Source of the DNA: Ktedonobacterales bacterium
Lineage (GTDB): Bacteria > Chloroflexota > Ktedonobacteria > Ktedonobacterales > JADMIN01
DNA length: 32,000 nt
Direction: 5' to 3'
Assembly (NCBI GenBank): GCA_030167145.1
Contig: CP126532.1
Location: forward strand, 60,001-92,000
Position numbers and translations under genes: made by a program. Within the stretch, counting starts at the first letter, position 1, and the number at the start of each line of letters is the position of its first letter. This document shows positions 7,134 to 16,319 of the stretch, in pieces. The notes below the pieces were generated by a model. It made no database searches and had not been told where the DNA came from. It worked only from the letters and a program-made list of their open reading frames with translations.

Positions 7134-8477
7134 TTGCCACTGCCCCTAGGGCTTTTAGCTACGTCAAGAGGGATCAAAAAGAGCGATCTGGAGCGGCATG
7201 TGAGAGAGAATGAACGTCACAACGGGCTAGAACTTGATCAACGCTACGTGCTGGATGAAACACTTGCGCAAGGTGCTCTGGCCACAGTATATCGTGGAAG
7301 AGACATCGCACTACGCCGCCCGATAGCAATCAAGGCTGTGCCCGCGCCACATGTGGACGCCTACCAGCGTGCGCTTGCCGCCACCACCACGCTAACCTAT
7401 CCCAGCATTGTCGCCACCTACGATACGGTGAAGTATGATGGGTGGCTATTCCTCGTACAAGAATGGGTAGATGCGCATCCTCTCAGCGACTATCTCACAT
7501 CAGGCATGCCTGCCGAGCGCGCAGTAAATCTTGCAGCTCAGATCGCGCGTACCCTTGCCTACGCGCATGAACATCGTGCGGTCCATGGTGATCTAACGGC
7601 AGCGGCGGTGCTAGTAGACCGGCGTGCGGTGGTGCGTGTGAACAACTTTGCCTTGCCTGCCGATAATCGCTATTTTGCTACCGTGTGCGAGATGATTAGT
7701 CATGACTTTTCATTGGCAACTCTTGATGAATTGGCAACACCTGCCGGTGATATACGCGCCGTAGGATTATTGCTGTGGCAATTGCTCAGCACCGCAGCGG
7801 ATGGGCAACCCCGCAACCTTCGTGCGGATGTCCCTGAGACAGTACACACGCTCGTGTGGCAATGCATAGCGGCTGACACGTCAACGCGCATCAATGACGC
7901 GGAAACGCTGGCACACGCGCTGGAAAAGTTGGGGCACGCACTGACCGTAGGGCGGTCTGTCGCTACGGAAGAAACCCCGCCTACACTCCGAGCAGTGCGG
8001 ACAAATGTAATGCGCTCGGCAGCGTGGTCCGCAGAAGAGACACAGGCGCCGATTACTTGGGGCGATACGACAGATCCGCATAGTATGGATATCTCGATGG
8101 AGCCGACAGCGCCTAGACCAGTGCGTGTGCCATTGCCCCGTCCAACGCTTCCGCCAAGCATAGACGTAGTCGCGCGGGTTCCGTTGCCGCGCCCACCATT
8201 ACCACGTCCGACTCTGCCACCCGAACCATCGGGCAACCTGCGTCTGCGTTTGCCTTCGCGCCCCCTCACCCCAGAACATGTCATAGGCGCCCCTTCCGTT
8301 CGCATGCCGCGCCCATCTGCACCTATTGAGCACTATCATGGGTTGGAGCAAGAGGCGATCACGGTTGCTAACAAGCGAAGAAGTAGCCTTCCCGCTCTTC
8401 TGCTCATCGGACTGGCGCTCTTTATGCTGTTCTTTTTGCTTGGGTTTATGCTGCCACCGCTATTAGGCTGGAAGTAG
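7134..8477 (+). CDS. Tail-anchored Ser/Thr protein kinase-like pseudokinase with Pro-rich repeats
   Basis: 447-aa ORF from TTG 7134. GTG 7200 with GGAG 6 nt upstream is a better start candidate. The kinase fold is recognisable (IAIKAV, LFLVQEWVDAHPLSDYL), but the Gly-loop is AQGALA, HRDLKPxN is HGDLTAAA (nt 7584-7607) and DFG is NFA (nt 7644-7652). Pro-rich repeat VPLPRPTLPP occurs twice, and there is a C-terminal TM helix LPALLLIGLALFMLFFLLGFMLPPLLGW. Confidence 0.75.
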   Translation: MPLPLGLLATSRGIKKSDLERHVRENERHNGLELDQRYVLDETLAQGALATVYRGRDIALRRPIAIKAVPAPHVDAYQRALAATTTLTYPSIVATYDTVKYDGWLFLVQEWVDAHPLSDYLTSGMPAERAVNLAAQIARTLAYAHEHRAVHGDLTAAAVLVDRRAVVRVNNFALPADNRYFATVCEMISHDFSLATLDELATPAGDIRAVGLLLWQLLSTAADGQPRNLRADVPETVHTLVWQCIAADTSTRINDAETLAHALEKLGHALTVGRSVATEETPPTLRAVRTNVMRSAAWSAEETQAPITWGDTTDPHSMDISMEPTAPRPVRVPLPRPTLPPSIDVVARVPLPRPPLPRPTLPPEPSGNLRLRLPSRPLTPEHVIGAPSVRMPRPSAPIEHYHGLEQEAITVANKRRSSLPALLLIGLALFMLFFLLGFMLPPLLGWK

Positions 8478-8516
8478 TCCCGATGAGCAGAATTTGGCAA
8501 AGGAGATAGTTCCGCG

Positions 8517-9017
8517 ATGGATCACCTATGGGCGCCCTGGAGAATGGCGTACATCGAGAATGGTGGCACAACCGATAAAGGGTGCATTTTTTGCTCAAAG
8601 GCGGCAGAGCAGCGAGATGACGAGAACTTGATTCTCTACCGTGGGCGGCAATGCTTCGTCATCATGAATTTGTTCCCGTATAACAATGGACACCTGATGA
8701 TCGCGCCGTACAACCATGTACCCAGCATCGAAGACCTCGATACGGAGACATTGGCTGAGATGATGGCCAGTGCGCAAAAGTGCCTCGCCGCAATCCGCGA
8801 GGCAATGCATCCCAATGGCTACAATATGGGCATCAATCAAGGAATGGTTGCTGGAGCCGGTATCGCGGACCACGTACACTTCCACATTGTTCCCCGCTGG
8901 AATGGCGACACGAATTTTATGCCGGTACTTGCAAACGTCAAAGTCATGCCAGAATTGCTCGCAGACACCTATGCGAAGATTCGTGCGCAACTGTTGCCCC
9001 TCTTTGCAACGCCATGA
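8517..9017 (+). CDS. HIT-family nucleotide hydrolase/transferase
   Basis: 166-aa ORF. Histidine-triad motif HVHFHIVPRW, and the N-terminal WAPWRMAYI seen in the Ap4A-phosphorylase-like HIT branch. Confidence 0.9.
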   Translation: MDHLWAPWRMAYIENGGTTDKGCIFCSKAAEQRDDENLILYRGRQCFVIMNLFPYNNGHLMIAPYNHVPSIEDLDTETLAEMMASAQKCLAAIREAMHPNGYNMGINQGMVAGAGIADHVHFHIVPRWNGDTNFMPVLANVKVMPELLADTYAKIRAQLLPLFATP

Positions 9018-9120
9018 CACCGCACCACCACTAAAACGTTGGGATATCCGATAGCGGCGAACACGGCGCCATGAACGACACACCATGTTCTCGTCGAAGG
9101 CCTCTTCAATTTGGCGCCGA

Positions 9121-9142
9121 AGTCTTACTGAAGTCCTACTGA
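9121..9142. repeat. 11-bp tandem duplication (agtcttactga / agtcctactga, 1 mismatch)
   Basis: Read directly: unit 1 at 9121-9131, unit 2 at 9132-9142. It lies in a 680-bp gene-free spacer. Confidence 0.85.
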
Positions 9143-9168
9143 TATACATCAGGAAGAACACCCTGTCC

Positions 9169-9204
9169 CTTCGGCTCCACCTTCGCTCCACTCTTCGGAT
9201 CCTC
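9169..9204. repeat. Imperfect 12-bp tandem array x3 (cttcggctccac / cttcgctccact / cttcggatcctc)
   Basis: Read directly: cttcg recurs with period 12 at 9169, 9181 and 9193. Confidence 0.6.
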
Positions 9205-9697
9205 TCCTTGGAACGACTTGGAGCGGCTCCGCGCAGCCGCCAGTGCTCCATCTCAATCGGGAGAAAGCAAAGGGGTTATGCAGACGGCACAGAGGAAGAC
9301 GCAGGCCGAAGCTTGACGACTCGCCGAGGAGGTGACACAGGCGGCGAAGTTGATGGCGTAAGATTCGTGGGTACTGGAGACACAAGTCGAGTAAGTTGCG
9401 CTCTATCAGCAGCGCGCAGCAAGGAACCGACCGCTATTATCAGAAATGCTATCATCCCTACTCTGTATTGTACACGTTCTCCGCGTGATTTGACATCGCC
9501 ACTATGGCTGATCTCATCTGCATTTTCGTGAATTATGATGTACTCTCGGAGTCATTGGAGCGACGTTGGGCGCATCTGTAAAATATGTAGTCAACAAGCC
9601 GAACCATTGTAGATGTGGCCAGCAACCAGAACCTCCAGACATGGGAGCAGCGCAATGCATGTGGAGTTTTCGATGTATCTGACGGGAGGAGTTGGCA

Positions 9698-11163
9698 ATG
9701 ATCGAGCACGCGGTGGTGATCTCCGGTGGAGGTCCGACCGGGCTGATGCTAGCGGGCGAGTTGGCGTTGGCCGGCGTGGACGTTGCCATTGTCGAGCGGC
9801 GCGCCAGCCAGGACCTCATCGGCCGCGCGCAGGCGGTCTGCATGCGCGCACCATAGAGGTGCTCGACCCGCGTGGCATTGCTGATCGGTTTCTGTCGCAG
9901 GGGCAGGAGGCGCAGGTCGCAGGGTTTGCCTGGATCCGTTTGGACATCAGCGACTTTCCCACCCGGCGCCCCTACGGGCTCGCGCTCTGGCAGAACCACA
10001 TCGAACGCATTCTGGCCGACTGGGTCGGCGAACTGGCGGTGCCGATCTATCGTGGACGTGAGGTGATGGGTTTCGTGCAGGACGACACCGGCGTCGAGAT
10101 CGAACTGTCCGAGGGCCAGTCGCTGCGGGCGGAGTATCTTGTCGGGTGCGACGGAGGACGCAGTCTGATCCGCAAGGCGGCAGGCATCGAGTTCCCCGGC
10201 TGGAACCCGACAACGAGCCAACTGATCGCAGAGGTCGAGCTGGCAGAGGAGCCGGAGTGGGGCACCCGCCGCGATGACAAGGGCATTCATGGCCTGAGCA
10301 GGCTGGAGGACGGAAAGCGGGTTCGGGTCATGGTGACCGAACAGCACCTCGGCTCCGGAGGCGAGCCCACCCTGCGCGATCTCAGCGAGGCGCTTATCGC
10401 GATTTATGGGACCGATTACGGGGTGCAAAATCCAACCTGGATCTCCCGGTTCACCGACATGACACGGCAGGCGGCGGTCTACCGCAAGGGACGGGTGCTG
10501 CTGGCTGGCGACGCCGCGCACGTGCATTACCCCGTCGGTGGACAGGGCCTCAACATCGGAGTGCAGGATGCGGTGAATCTGGGCTGGAAGCTGGCTCAGG
10601 TGGTCAAGCGGACCTCGCCAGACAGCCTGCTGGATACTTATCACGCCGAGCGCCACCCGGTCGCAGCGCGCGTGCTGCGCAATACGATGGCGCAAGTCGC
10701 ACTGCTCCGCACAGATGACCGCACCGACGCCCTGCGCGATACCATGTCCGAACTCCTCAGCATGGATGAGCCGCGCAAGCGGTTTGCCGCGATGATGTCT
10801 GGTCTGGACATCAAGTATGACCTCGGTGAGGGACACCCGCTGCTCGGACGCCGCATGCCTGATCTTGATCTGGTCACCTCCAACGGTCCGATGGGAGTCT
10901 TCACCCTGCTGCACAAGGCCCGGCCAGTGCTGCTTAACTTCGGTGAGACTGGCGGCTTCGACGTCGCTCCATGGGCGGATCGGGTTAAGGTGATAGAGGC
11001 GACATATGCTGGACGATGGGAACTTCCGGTACTTGGTGCGGTCACTGCTCCCACGGCTGTGGTGATGCGTCCTGACGGATATGTTGCCTGGGTGGGAGAT
11101 CGCACCCAACTGGGGCTTCGTGATGCGCTCACCACATGGTTTGGGCCACCGCTCACGGCATAG
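9698..11163 (+). pseudogene. FAD-dependent aromatic-ring monooxygenase (PheA/TfdB / Rox-like) with a 1-nt frameshift near 9821-9826
   Basis: ATG 9698 (GGGAGGA 8 nt upstream) opens MIEHAVVISGGGPTGLMLAGELALAGVDVAIVERRASQDLIG (GxGxxG FAD fold), which runs into TAG at 9854-9856. The rest of the enzyme (RAGGLHARTIEVLD...GCDGGRSLIRK...GDAAHVHYPVGGQGLNIGVQDAVNLGWKLA...) continues in the frame of track ORF 9613..11163. The junction ggc-cg-cgc looks like loss of one base from a Ser/Thr/Ala codon. Confidence 0.8.
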
Positions 11164-11229
11164 TGCGCAGGCGCACTAGCGGCTGACCCACATACAGGCG
11201 CGGGACGACAAAGAACGAAGCCGTGGATG

Positions 11230-11268
11230 ACCGGTGGAGGTCGCGGGTACTCCTCGACCTCCACCGGT
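11230..11268. other. Perfect 14-bp inverted repeat (hairpin/palindrome) with an 11-nt spacer
   Basis: accggtggaggtcg (11230-11243) and cgacctccaccggt (11255-11268) are exact reverse complements. Located 67 nt downstream of the monooxygenase stop, with no flanking T-run. Confidence 0.85.
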
Positions 11269-11586
11269 ATCCGACCGCGCTCGCGCCGCGTAGGATACGA
11301 GACTCGCGTGCTCTTGGGGGCAGCAAATGTGCCCCTGGCGGGCGAGTATTATTGCGGCGAGAGGTGACAATGCTGTGGCGATCTATGATGCGCACCACAT
11401 GCATGCTAAACCGATACATGCTAGCAGCATCGAGCGCGCGAGGACGTGCGGTGTAGTGTGTAGACCAGCCGGAGCTTTTCGGGCAGTTCCGAAACCCAAC
11501 TGGGACCGTTCCGATGGTCCGCGCCCATCATTGTGTATGGCTGGTTATCTCGCGAGGTGCGGCGATAATAGGGGCAGAAACCGACA

Positions 11587-11616
11587 TAGACGGAGGGTTC
11601 CGTAACGCTCTATAAT
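11587..11616 (+). promoter_or_regulatory. Candidate sigma70-type promoter for the CrtI-like gene
   Basis: TATAAT at 11611-11616 and TAGACG (4/6 to TTGACA) at 11587-11592, with an 18-nt spacer. This would give a ~105-nt leader before ATG 11726. Pattern match only. Confidence 0.3.
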
Positions 11617-11725
11617 GACTGCACACGCTGGGGGCGCATCAGCGTCTCAGCGGCGATTCCTTCATCCATCTGTGATCTGGAAGTCGTGTGAAGGGTTCGA
11701 CACTGAAGAGCGATGGAGGTCTCCC

Positions 11726-13336
11726 ATGGCCACCTCTGATGCTGTGCCGGTGTCTGCGGCCGCTGTCCTGGGGAAGATTGGGTTGCCGATGCCGGTGCGC
11801 GAGTTGGCGGCACAGCGCTGGGATGCGATTGTGGTGGGGGCAGGACACAACGGACTGACCTGTGCCGCCTACCTGGCGCGTGCTAACAAGCGTGTGCTGG
11901 TGCTCGAGGCACGCCAGCGCATCGGCGGCGCCTGCACCATGGAGGAGCTCTGGGGCGGCGTGAAGATGTCGCCGTGTGCTTACTTGGTGGGGCTGCTGCA
12001 TCCGCTGGTGGTGGATGAGTTGAAGATGCGGGAGCACGGATTTGCGTGGACACCTGCTACCAACGGTCTCTTCGTCCCGTTCGATGATGGCAGCAGCGTC
12101 CAGCTCTGGGAAGACGAGGCACATTGTGAGGAAGAGATTCGGCGCTTCGCGCCCCGCGATGTAGCGGGCTGGCGTGCCATGCAGGACGTAATGACGCGCC
12201 TGCGCGACGCACTGCGCCCTGCAGGCGAGCGCGACCTATGGATTGGCGATCCGCCGACGCGCGAGCTGTTGGAGGCCCGCATTGGCGGCGACGTCGCACT
12301 CCGCGGGCTGCTGTTCGAGTGGAGCATGGTCGAGTTTGTTGAACGCTATTTGGAAGATGAGCGCCTGCAATTGGCGTACCTGGGGCAAGGAATCATCGGC
12401 ACGAATGCGTCACCATTTGATGCGGGCACCGCCTTTATTCATTTCCACCATTCCTCCGGTCGTTTGGACGGCTATACAGGGGTGTGGGGCTACGTCCAGG
12501 GCGGAATGGGCACCGTCTCGTTCCTGTTGTGCGACATCGCACGCGAGCAGGGCGCGGTGGTCGCGGCGGGTGTGCCAGTAGGGGCGATTCTACCAGGTGA
12601 GGGGGTGCAACTTGACGATGGCACGCTGCTGCATGCGCCTGTGGTGGTGAGCAACGCGGATCCAAGGGTAACGTTGCGTCTGGTCGGAGAGCGGGCGGAC
12701 GATGCGTGGCGGGCGCAGGTCGAATCTGTGCTGATTGTTGGTTGCACGGTCAAGCTAAACATGCTGCTGCGCGAGTTGCCGAATTTTATGGCTCGACCCG
12801 GCACGAACGAGCCGCATCATGCGGGCCAGATCAACACGCCGCTCTCGAAGGAGGCATGGCGTGAGTGTTTCGCGGCGGCGCAACGGGGGGAATTGCCGCA
12901 GCAGCTCTGGACGGAGCTGTACTTTCAGACGGTTCACGACCCTGATGTGGCCCCGACGGGTCTGCATACAATGAGCGTTTTCGCGCAGTATGTGCCATAT
13001 ACCTTTGCGGAGGGGGATTGGAGCACGGAACGGGAAAACGTCAAACAGGTGGGCATTGCCTCCATCGGGCGCTATGTGAGCAATTTCCCCGAGGCCATCG
13101 TAGACGTGGAGGTATTGGGACCGCCCGACATCGAGCGGGAAGTTGGCTTGACCGGCGGGCACATCTTCCAGGGGGAATGTTTGCCGCCGTATATGTGGGA
13201 TCGGCGACTGGCTTATCGCACGCCGATGCCCGGGGTGTACCTGTGCGGCGCCGCCACGCATCCGGGCGGCAGTGTAATCGCGATCAATGGGCGCAACGCG
13301 GCGATGGCTGCGCTTCGGGAGATGTCTACGGGATGA
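11726..13336 (+). CDS. Phytoene desaturase (CrtI)/COG1233-like NAD(P)/FAD-dependent oxidoreductase
   Basis: Dinucleotide fold WDAIVVGAGHNGLTCAAYLARANKRVLVLEARQRIGGAC and C-terminal LCGAATHPGGSVIAINGRNAA. I moved the start to ATG 11726 (GGAGG 6 nt upstream). The track start at 11615 falls inside the TATAAT box and adds a non-homologous extension. Confidence 0.85.
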   Translation: MATSDAVPVSAAAVLGKIGLPMPVRELAAQRWDAIVVGAGHNGLTCAAYLARANKRVLVLEARQRIGGACTMEELWGGVKMSPCAYLVGLLHPLVVDELKMREHGFAWTPATNGLFVPFDDGSSVQLWEDEAHCEEEIRRFAPRDVAGWRAMQDVMTRLRDALRPAGERDLWIGDPPTRELLEARIGGDVALRGLLFEWSMVEFVERYLEDERLQLAYLGQGIIGTNASPFDAGTAFIHFHHSSGRLDGYTGVWGYVQGGMGTVSFLLCDIAREQGAVVAAGVPVGAILPGEGVQLDDGTLLHAPVVVSNADPRVTLRLVGERADDAWRAQVESVLIVGCTVKLNMLLRELPNFMARPGTNEPHHAGQINTPLSKEAWRECFAAAQRGELPQQLWTELYFQTVHDPDVAPTGLHTMSVFAQYVPYTFAEGDWSTERENVKQVGIASIGRYVSNFPEAIVDVEVLGPPDIEREVGLTGGHIFQGECLPPYMWDRRLAYRTPMPGVYLCGAATHPGGSVIAINGRNAAMAALREMSTG

Positions 13337-13363
13337 GCGCCGCCGCAGCCTACGGCGGCGCTC
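13335..13363 (+). terminator. GC-rich hairpin overlapping the stop codon of the CrtI-like gene (terminator-like, no U-tract)
   Basis: gagcgccgccg (13335-13345) pairs perfectly with cggcggcgctc (13353-13363) across a 7-nt loop. The TGA stop is 13334-13336. Confidence 0.4.
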
Positions 13364-13479
13364 ACGGAGGTCGCTACTACAAGGCGCATTTGTCGTCGCT
13401 GCTATCGGTCAGACACTGGCCGACGAGTACGCGCCACATGGTAACATGTCGGCCAAAAGTATGCCGACCATAAGACTAT

Positions 13480-16293
13480 ATGCCGGGCGATACTCGGACG
13501 CCACCCGTGAACTGGGGCAAGTGGGTTATGATCCAGTTGGTTCGACTGTGGGGGTATCGGATATCTCAGGCGTTTGTGCAGAGCATCGAGCACATCGCGG
13601 CAGATCCTGGTGATAAATACGAGCTTCATTTTGAGAAGACGCTCGCGGTAGCATTTAGTGTCCTTCTATGTCCCATAACCATCACCTGGGGCCTGGCCTA
13701 TTTGTACGTGGGTGTACATACAGCAGCGTTCATTGCCTTTGCGTATACGGCACTCATCCTGGTTAACATCATTGTCTTCTGGTGGTTCCGCCACTACCAA
13801 CTCTTCCGTTTGTTCCACTTCTTGCTCAACCTCATTTTGCCATTTCTCATGCTGCTGGCGCTGGGAGGTATTCGCAATTCCAGTGCTGTCATCCTTTGGG
13901 CGCTGATTCCTTCAGTGGAAGCATTGCTGCTTACCAGACGCGGCCAGGCGCTGGCATGGTTTGCTGCCTATATGGGCCTTCTGGCCGTAAGCGGTTTCCT
14001 TTTACGAACCCTTGTGCCGCTCGCTCCAGTTCCGCCGACACTGGCAAGCTCCTTCTATGTCTTGAACATTGGCGGCGTCTGCATAGCAATCTTTGTAGAG
14101 TTATCCTATTTCCTTCGGCAGAAGGAGAAGGCTGACGCACGAGAGATAGCCCTATATTCAGAGGCACAAGAGGCCCGCCACGCTGCCGACGCAGCCAATG
14201 AAGCCAAGAGTGCCTTCCTTGCCAACATGAGCCATGAGATTCGCACACCTATGAACGCAGTGATCGGCATGAGCAGTTTGCTTATGGACACCCCACTGGA
14301 CGCAGAGCAGACGGATTTCGTGCATACTATTCGTGAAAGCAGCGAAGCGCTGCTCTCGTTGATCAATGATATCCTCGACTTCTCGAAGATCGAAGCAGCA
14401 AAAATGGACTTGGAAAGCGAACCTTTCGATCTACGGGAATGTGTGGAGGGTGCCCTTGACCTCATTGCGCCGCGAGCCCAGGAGAAGGGGCTTGACCTTG
14501 CATACCAGTTCAGCGACCAAACGCCCGATGCTATCGTGGGCGATGTCACACGGCTGCGTCAAATCCTGGTGAATTTGCTCAGCAATGCAATCAAGTTTAC
14601 TGATAGCGGTGAGGTGGTCGTCTCGGTGACAAGCCGGACGATCGAGCAAGACGTGGCATCGCGCGGTACTTTGGATCGCGAAACTGATCGCGCACATGGG
14701 ATGTGCGAACTTCACTTTATGGTCAAGGATACCGGAATCGGCATTCCGCCCGAGCGGATGGACCGTCTCTTTCAATCATTTAGCCAGGTGGACACATCCA
14801 CGACGCGCCGTTATGGCGGCACTGGTCTGGGGCTCGTCATCAGCAAACGGTTGAGCGAGCTTATGGGTGGCACGATGTGGGTTGAGAGCAATGGAGTGCC
14901 AGGCCAAGGTACGACATTCCATGTAGTGATCCAGGCATCTGCAGCCGCGACCCCACAACATGCCCATCTTGTGGACACGCAGCCGCACCTTGCTGACAAG
15001 CGATTACTCGTCGTGGACGACAACGCTACTAATCGGCGTATCCTCGTTGCACAGGCTGCTTCCTGGGAGATGCTTACGCGTGATACCAGTTCGCCGCGTG
15101 AAGCGCTGGCGTGGTTGCGCCAGGGCGAGTATTTCGATGTCGCCATCTTGGATATGCACATGCCAGAGATGGACGGCGTGGCGCTGGCGGCCGAGATCCA
15201 GTCCTTGCGAGATCCAAGCATCCTACCGCTTGTCATGCTCACATCAGTGGGAGGAAGCCGGGAGGTTGCGCGGGGCGCTGGCGCACAGGCGGTCAAGTTT
15301 GCGGCCTTTCTGACAAAACCGATCAAACCATCCCAGCTCCTAGATGTACTGATGCAGATCTTCGCTAGCCAGCCAGTGCGTGTGCGAAGTCAAGGGCAGG
15401 CGCCGCAACCTTCGTTTGACACCCATATGGCTGAGCGGTTGCCCCGTCGCATCTTGCTGGCGGAGGATAATGCGACCAACCAGAAGGTAGCTTTACGATT
15501 GTTAGCACGCTTGGGTTACCGTGCTGATGTGGCTGCCAACGGTATTGAGGTGCTAAGTGCGCTCAAACGTCAGCCGTATGATGTGGTGCTCATGGACGTG
15601 CAGATGCCAGAGATGGATGGACTGGACGCAGCACGGGCGATACGCCGCGAGTGGCCGACCGATGGACAACCGTACATCGTCGCTCTAACAGCCAACGCAG
15701 CGGCGCAAGACCGCGAGGCAGCGCTAGCAGCCGGAATGGATGATTATCTCACCAAACCGATTCGAGTGGACAAGTTGGTTACGGCTCTGGACAATTCTGG
15801 CATTTCTCAAGAACGAGCGCCGTCCACAGGCACTGAGAAAATCAGTAAGCATGACGGGGTGAGCGTAGATAAACAAAGTGCCGAAGAGACATCAGCGACT
15901 CAGCCGGAGCGCCCGGAATCTTCAGTGCCAGAGCAGGCAGCGACGGGCCTCGATCCAGGCTGGCTTGAGCGACTACGACGTACAGTCGGTAATGATCCAG
16001 AAGTCTTGGGTGAGCTAATCGACAGCTTTCTCACAGATGCGCCGCGCTTGCTGGCCGATCTTCGGCGATCGGTAGAGCAGGGCGACACGGCTGGGGTGCG
16101 CCTAGCGGCGCATAGCCTGAAGGCCAACGGCGCCGAGTTTGGGGCGAAGGCGTTCGCAGAGGTCTGTAAACAGTTGGAGGCGGCTGGCAAAGCAGGCATG
16201 TTGGAAGAGGCTGATCGTCTGCTGAAGCAAGCTGAGACCGAGTATGAGCGTGTCCACGCGGGGCTTGTCGCCGCGCGTACACAGGTGGTGTAG
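13480..16293 (+). CDS. Hybrid sensor histidine kinase: ~6 TM helices, HisKA, HATPase_c, REC, REC, HPt
   Basis: 937-aa ORF (an alternative start at ATG 13528 is possible). Polytopic N-terminus; H-box [16 protein letters not shown]; ATPase boxes [11 protein letters not shown] and [13 protein letters not shown]; receivers with DMHMPEMDG and DVQMPEMDG; C-terminal HPt [14 protein letters not shown]. Confidence 0.9.
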   Translation: MPGDTRTPPVNWGKWVMIQLVRLWGYRISQAFVQSIEHIAADPGDKYELHFEKTLAVAFSVLLCPITITWGLAYLYVGVHTAAFIAFAYTALILVNIIVFWWFRHYQLFRLFHFLLNLILPFLMLLALGGIRNSSAVILWALIPSVEALLLTRRGQALAWFAAYMGLLAVSGFLLRTLVPLAPVPPTLASSFYVLNIGGVCIAIFVELSYFLRQKEKADAREIALYSEAQEARHAADAANEAKSAFLANMSHEIRTPMNAVIGMSSLLMDTPLDAEQTDFVHTIRESSEALLSLINDILDFSKIEAAKMDLESEPFDLRECVEGALDLIAPRAQEKGLDLAYQFSDQTPDAIVGDVTRLRQILVNLLSNAIKFTDSGEVVVSVTSRTIEQDVASRGTLDRETDRAHGMCELHFMVKDTGIGIPPERMDRLFQSFSQVDTSTTRRYGGTGLGLVISKRLSELMGGTMWVESNGVPGQGTTFHVVIQASAAATPQHAHLVDTQPHLADKRLLVVDDNATNRRILVAQAASWEMLTRDTSSPREALAWLRQGEYFDVAILDMHMPEMDGVALAAEIQSLRDPSILPLVMLTSVGGSREVARGAGAQAVKFAAFLTKPIKPSQLLDVLMQIFASQPVRVRSQGQAPQPSFDTHMAERLPRRILLAEDNATNQKVALRLLARLGYRADVAANGIEVLSALKRQPYDVVLMDVQMPEMDGLDAARAIRREWPTDGQPYIVALTANAAAQDREAALAAGMDDYLTKPIRVDKLVTALDNSGISQERAPSTGTEKISKHDGVSVDKQSAEETSATQPERPESSVPEQAATGLDPGWLERLRRTVGNDPEVLGELIDSFLTDAPRLLADLRRSVEQGDTAGVRLAAHSLKANGAEFGAKAFAEVCKQLEAAGKAGMLEEADRLLKQAETEYERVHAGLVAARTQVV

Positions 16294-16319
16294 CGATAGG
16301 GTCAATCCGGAGAGCACAC

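Noticed and set aside
7700-8305. 201-aa minus-strand Gly/Arg-rich ORF
   Set aside because: It is the antisense mirror of the Pro-rich linker of the pseudokinase (CCN codons read as GGN/NGG).
9030-9250. Minus-strand reading ...SVRLRRQIEEAFDENMV... as a DDE transposase remnant
   Set aside because: Only a 5-6 residue resemblance to the Y-x2-R-x3-E region. No DDE context and no terminal repeats. Mentioned only as a possibility in the spacer finding.
9613-9697. Track start of the monooxygenase ORF at 9613
   Set aside because: The N-terminal ~70 residues from this start (..GDLRWRSDRADASGRVGVGRRGRCHC..) are out-of-frame noise. The true FAD-binding head starts at ATG 9698 in another frame.
9514-11109. 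531-aa minus-strand ORF (and 10641..11264, 207 aa)
   Set aside because: These are antisense shadow ORFs of the GC-rich monooxygenase gene. Their composition is Arg/Ala/Pro/His-rich and no motifs are present.
11690-11706. GGGTTCGACAC resembling a tRNA T-loop
   Set aside because: No acceptor, D or anticodon arms can be folded around it. It lies in the leader of the CrtI-like gene.
11615-11725. Track start of the CrtI-like ORF at 11615
   Set aside because: It lies inside the TATAAT box, and the extension has no homology-like features. ATG 11726 with a GGAGG RBS fits the conserved N-terminus.
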